Shown here piece after piece: positions 59,217-64,000 of a stretch of DNA of 64,000 bases. The notes under the pieces are model-generated. The model did no database searches and was not told where the DNA came from. It worked only from the letters and a program-made list of their open reading frames with translations. The stretch spans positions 131,679 through 195,678 of the forward strand of contig CAXHJY010000818.1 in assembly GCA_964016885.1 (NCBI GenBank), written 5' to 3'. The position numbers were made by a program, and so were the translations under genes. Every line of letters begins with the position of its first letter. The first letter of the stretch is position 1. This DNA is from Eledone cirrhosa (Eukaryota).

Positions 59217-59430
59217 TCATCATCACCGTTTTACGTCTGTTCTTCCATGCTAGCATGGGTTAGACGGGTTGTCTTGTTGTGGGCAGTGTCCGGTCGGCTG
59301 ACCTTGTCTTGCTCATACGGGAACTGATTCTGGCTCATTTCTACAGCTGGATGCGCTTCCTAACACCAACCTCATTTACAGTGAGTGCTGGGTGCTCTTT
59401 TGCCGTGGCACCTCCACGACCACTTTGTAG
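59217..59430 (-). mobile_element. SINE family C
   Basis: Near-exact inverted counterpart of 60197-60415. Confidence 0.8.
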
Positions 59431-60023
59431 TGGGAGGGGGTGGGGGCATATAGTCTATATGCTTCAGCTTTGGCTTGTAGCCGTGGAAAGTCAGGTCTTC
59501 TGTATTACTGCGTGACGCCAGATATATATACATATGATATAGAAATGGCTTCTACAGGACTAGAACTATTTCATTCGGGAGAATATTTATACACTGCTTT
59601 GTATTGAGTACCTAACTTACTGTGGTTACCCCCGATTGAACCCGGGATAAACTTTGTAATGTGGCCATGTAGGTAACACGGTGAACACTTCCCAGTCCTC
59701 ACTGTAAATGTGGTTGGTGTTAGGAAGAGCATCCAACCGTAGAAAACCAACCAGATAGCCCTATACGAACGAGACACGGTCGCCCAACCAATCTTGCCTG
59801 AAGTGGAACAACTCTCGTCTAACCCATGCTAGCGTGGAAGATAGACGTTAAACGATGATGATGATATATATATATATATATACTGAAGTAAAAATTAAGT
59901 GGAAATATCCAAGAGTAAGAGCACTCAGTCCATAGAACGAGTTTAGTAGAAATAATTACAACAGTGACATAAACAGGCACTCAATTCATTCTTGTTTCTC
60001 TTTCTTTTACATTTTATTTTACT

Positions 60024-60082
60024 CATAACAGGCTGAATGAATTGGGGCCCAGAACCCAACGAAACTTGAGTACCTGTTTATG
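60024..60082 (+). ncRNA. Hammerhead-like motif with non-canonical CUGAAUGA core
   Basis: AACAGG-CTGAATGA-attggg gcccagaa cccaac-GAAA-CTTGAG-TA/CCTGTT. Confidence 0.6.
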
Positions 60083-60196
60083 TCACTGTTGTAATTATTT
60101 ATATATGTATATATATATATATATATGTATGAAAGAGTCAGGACGCTGGCCAGCTGAGCTCTTGCCATTTCAACAGCTAGTTCCAAACATACCCAG

Positions 60197-60415
60197 CCCA
60201 CACTGTAAAGTGGACGTGGAGGTGCCACGGCAAAAAAAGCACCCAGCACTCACTGTAAATGAGGTTGGTGTTAGGAAGGGCATCCAGCTGTAGAAATCAA
60301 GCCAGAATCAGTTCCTGTATGAGCAAGACAAGGTCAGCCGACTGGACACTGCGCACAACCCGTCTAACCCATGCTAACATGGAAGAACGGACATAAAATG
60401 GTGATGATGATGATG
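60197..60415 (+). mobile_element. SINE family C
   Basis: Ends acccgtctaacccatgctaacatggaagaacggacataaaatggtgatgatgatg, similar to the RTE 3' end at 2338-2397. Confidence 0.8.
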
Positions 60416-61344
60416 AATGAAGAAGTCTCTTGCCCAAAATAGCACACTGTGAAACTGAGCCAACTGTGGAATGATTGTTTTCTTTGTTTTTTATTTTCTG
60501 TTATGTACCTGTAGCTTCTTTAGTTTCTCAATAAAGCTAACTGTGAAATATCTAGCAGCCCTACTTATATTTCAAGGTTGACTTAGCAGTGTGTGTTACA
60601 GGGGAGAATTGGAGCACTGGACTGTGAAAACACTTCATACAAATGTCTAAATCATAAAGTAAGCAATCTATACATACTGGACATATATTTGTAGAGGAGA
60701 GAGAGAGGGAGGAGAGAGAGAGAGAGGGAGGGAAGGAAGGGGAGGGGTAGGTCAGGAGGGAGGGAGAGAGGGAGGAGGATAAGAGGAGGGGTAGGTCATG
60801 AGGGAGGAAGGGAGGGAGGGAGATAAGAGGAGGGGTAGGTCGTGAGGGAGGGAGATAAGAGGAGGGGTAGGTCATGAGGGAGGAAGGGAGGGAGGGAGAT
60901 AAGAGGAGGGGTAGGTCGTGAGGGAGATAAGAGGAGGGGTAGGTCATGAGGGAGTGAGGGAGAGAGATAATAGGAGGGGTAGATCAGTAGAGAGAAGGAG
61001 GAGTCCATATAAACTATATATAAACTATTTACAGAAGAGGTTGTATTTACATCTCTATATACATCTATATATAGTGTATTGGTGTGTAATATTTAGTTAC
61101 AGATGGTTCACCAGTTTGACCAGACAATGCTAATATTTAGCTCCAGATGTGGAATTCTATATCTGGTATTTCACCAGAGTCTGTATCTTTAAGGAACAGA
61201 GTTTTCATAATAATAATAATTGTTTCTACTTTAGGCACAAGGCCAGCAATTACCCAGTGTATTACTGGTACTTTAGGCACAAGGCCAGCAATTTGAAGGA
61301 GAGGGGAAAGTCGATTAAATTGGCCCCCAGTGCATAACTGGGTG

Positions 61345-61480
61345 GATGGTTTAGTGGTTAGAGCATTGACCTTGCAATCGAAAGGTTGTGAGTTCAATTC
61401 TCAGACCAGGTGATGTGTTGTTTCCTTGAGCAAGACACTTTATTTCACATTGCTCCAGTTTACTCAGCTGTAGAAATGAG
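61345..61480 (+). mobile_element. tRNA-headed SINE, family B
   Basis: tggtttagtggttagagc..gtgagttcaattc..ccttgagcaagacactttatttcacattgctcc. Confidence 0.72.
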
Positions 61481-62707
61481 ATGATAGGGACTGGGGTCCC
61501 TATCATTAAATCCCCCAAGACACCTCTAACGAGATATACCTTGGAGGAGGCCAGCTAAACCTGCAGAGGTGTGAGCTGTCACACACACACACATAGGGGT
61601 GAGCTGTCTCACACACACACACACACACACACATTACTGGTACTTATTTTATCAACCTCTGTAAGGATGAAAAGCAAAGCTAACCTTGGCGGGATTTGTA
61701 ATCAGACCGTAAAGGGGCGTAACTCTGTGCTACAAAGCATGTTGTCCGGCGCTCTACCAATTCTAATAATAATAAGGAACAGGAATGAGGCATCAATATA
61801 ACAACATCATGTTTATTTACACGCGACGCGTGTTTCACAATCGATCAGCTCAAGGTACAATTGGTAGTAATCGGGCCTGACTCTGGAATTGATAGTTTAT
61901 CAGACTTGTGAATTGTCATAGAGTGAGAGAGAGTGTATGTGTGTGTATGGGGGGGGGGAGATAGTTAGGAAGGATGACGACTGTCTATGTGTGTATATAT
62001 ATATATATATAGTAGTCCTATACGAGTGAGGCACAGTCGCCCGACCAATCTTGCCTCAAGTGGGACAACTCCCGTCTAACGTCCATCTTCCACGTTAGCA
62101 TGGGTTAAACGATGATGATGATAGAGAAAGAGAGAGAGAGATTTGTGAGAGAGTGAGAGGAGAGAGACTATGGCTATATATATATATATATATAATATAA
62201 TATATATATATATATAGCGTGGAAGAACGGACATAAAACGGTGATGATGATGATGATGATATATATATATATATACATATATATCTATATATGAAGAGAG
62301 GAGAGGGGGAGGGAGACTATGGCTATATTTGTTGCTAAATTTGTTTTTCTCCAAGATGAGATGACATTAAAGATGAGCCCCACCCATGTCATCAGTGAAT
62401 AGGTCATATCAAAGTTATGGAAATGGGGATTATATATATATATATATAAAGACACACATACACAAGATGGCTGACTAACAGTGTACTTTCCCTCCTATAT
62501 ATATATTTTCCTGTTGTTTTTTCTTCCTATCTCTTCTTATATCTCCCAAACATTCTCTCTCCTCTCTCTATCTTCTGATGAAGGACCAGCATCTAAAATG
62601 TCAAGAGTCTTTCTCTATGGTATCAAGTGTTTATTTAATATAACCACCATTGTTTTGTATTGTGTTCTTTTCCTGTCTTATTTCCCTGTACACTGTTATT
62701 ATTAGTA

Positions 62708-62895
62708 GTGAATTGGCAGTATCGGTAGAGGGTTGGACGCCATGCTTTCTAGCATAGTTACGTCCCTTTACAGTCTGAGTTCAAATCTCGCTGAGGTTAA
62801 CTTTGCCTTTCATCCTTACGGGGTCGATAAAATAGTACACTGTAATACACTGGGGTAATTGCTGGCCTTGTGCCAAAAGTAGAACAATTATTAGT
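62708..62895 (+). mobile_element. tRNA-derived SINE, family A
   Basis: gagttcaaatctcgctgaggttaactttgcctttcatccttacggggtcgataaaatagtac; same family as 3835-4058. Confidence 0.8.
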
Positions 62896-63254
62896 AATAT
62901 TGTTGTTATAATCCTTTGTAGTTAACAATTTAATGTGGTGTAGTAAATAAATATATACATATATAGACCAATAAATATATACATATATACATCAGGTCCG
63001 AACAGAGTTGAACCAAACTCCCACTATCACCAGGTTAGTAAGGAGAAAGCTTATTATTAAATTCCTTCAAATCTTTTATTTTCAAAATTGTTTGAAAATC
63101 ACAGACAATGTCTTTTATTAGAAATTCTCTAAAACACCTTCCATAATAATTTTATATAAGAACCTTTGTTAAGTTATGTTCCAAACACCAGCTAAGTAAT
63201 GAGCAAGTTCTGTATTTCTAAATCCTCCTTTTCTATCAAACAAAACCACTCATT

Positions 63255-63708
63255 TTAACTCTTTAGCATTTTAAACCGGCTGTATCCACCCAGAATTCTC
63301 TCATCTCCTTCTGTGAAAACCAGCTGTAATTGGCCACTCATACTGATGTTAAGGTATTGTTCTCAAAATAAATAACATAAAAATCTCATAAATTCGATAT
63401 TATCTAAGATAATTATGTGAGATAAAGTCTTTACCATGAAAATACAATAGTAAATATAGAGTAATGTAAATATTATGTGAGATAATTATGTAAGATAAAG
63501 CCTTTACCATGAAAATACAATAGTAAATATAGAATAATTTTAAATATGTGAGATAATTATGTAAGATAAAGCCTTTACCATGAAAATACAATAGTAAATA
63601 TTGAGTAATTTAAATGTTATGCGAGATATTATGTGAGATAATTATGTAAGATAAAGCCTTTACCATGAAAATAGAAAATATATAGTAATGTAAATGTTAA
63701 AGGGTTAA
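63255..63708 (+). mobile_element. MITE M1 with about 4-5 diverged internal units
   Basis: TTAActctttagcattt...aaatgttaaagggTTAA. Confidence 0.78.
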
Positions 63709-64000
63709 AGTTTTTTTTTAATTTTGATTAAAACCATCCAACATAATTTTATGTAAGAACCTTTGTTAAGTTATATTAAATTCCTCTTAAATATGCTAAT
63801 GAAAGTGTTGGCTGAATTATTTGGTTTTCATAAATCCTTCACTCCATATTTTATCCTATATTCTAACAAAGTTAACTCTGACAATGAACAAGACTCTGCT
63901 ACATTAATTAAATGATATCACAGTGGGTGGGATATTGAAATCAGGAATCATATTACCATTTATAGAGAATTAAGGAGAAGGAGTTGTGTGTGTGTGGTGG

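Overview
AT-rich, microsatellite-saturated eukaryotic DNA. The repeat repertoire (RTE LINE plus RTE-tailed SINEs, tRNA-derived SINEs, CR1, TA/CA/GAT microsatellites) suggests a coleoid cephalopod such as an octopus, which is an inference. Nearly all ORFs in the track are simple-repeat artefacts. The only host gene seen is RYK/Derailed on the minus strand: three small exons (33586-33713, 22431-22530, 6225-6359) splice in frame to give the WIF domain ending in the KRRK motif, so the window is probably almost all RYK intron. The main unexpected signal is a dense set of type I minimal hammerhead-ribozyme motifs (CUGANGA...GAAA, short or palindromic stem III, UH) of several different sequence families. 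About 10 are complete or near-complete and several more are half motifs. Many sit inside or beside (TA)n tracts, several inside long inverted repeats, and one 38-bp tandem array is hammerhead-like. The pattern resembles Penelope-like element or retrozyme remnants. TTAA-flanked piggyBac-like MITEs that seed 48-bp and 60-bp minisatellites are also present. All folds and alignments were done by eye.
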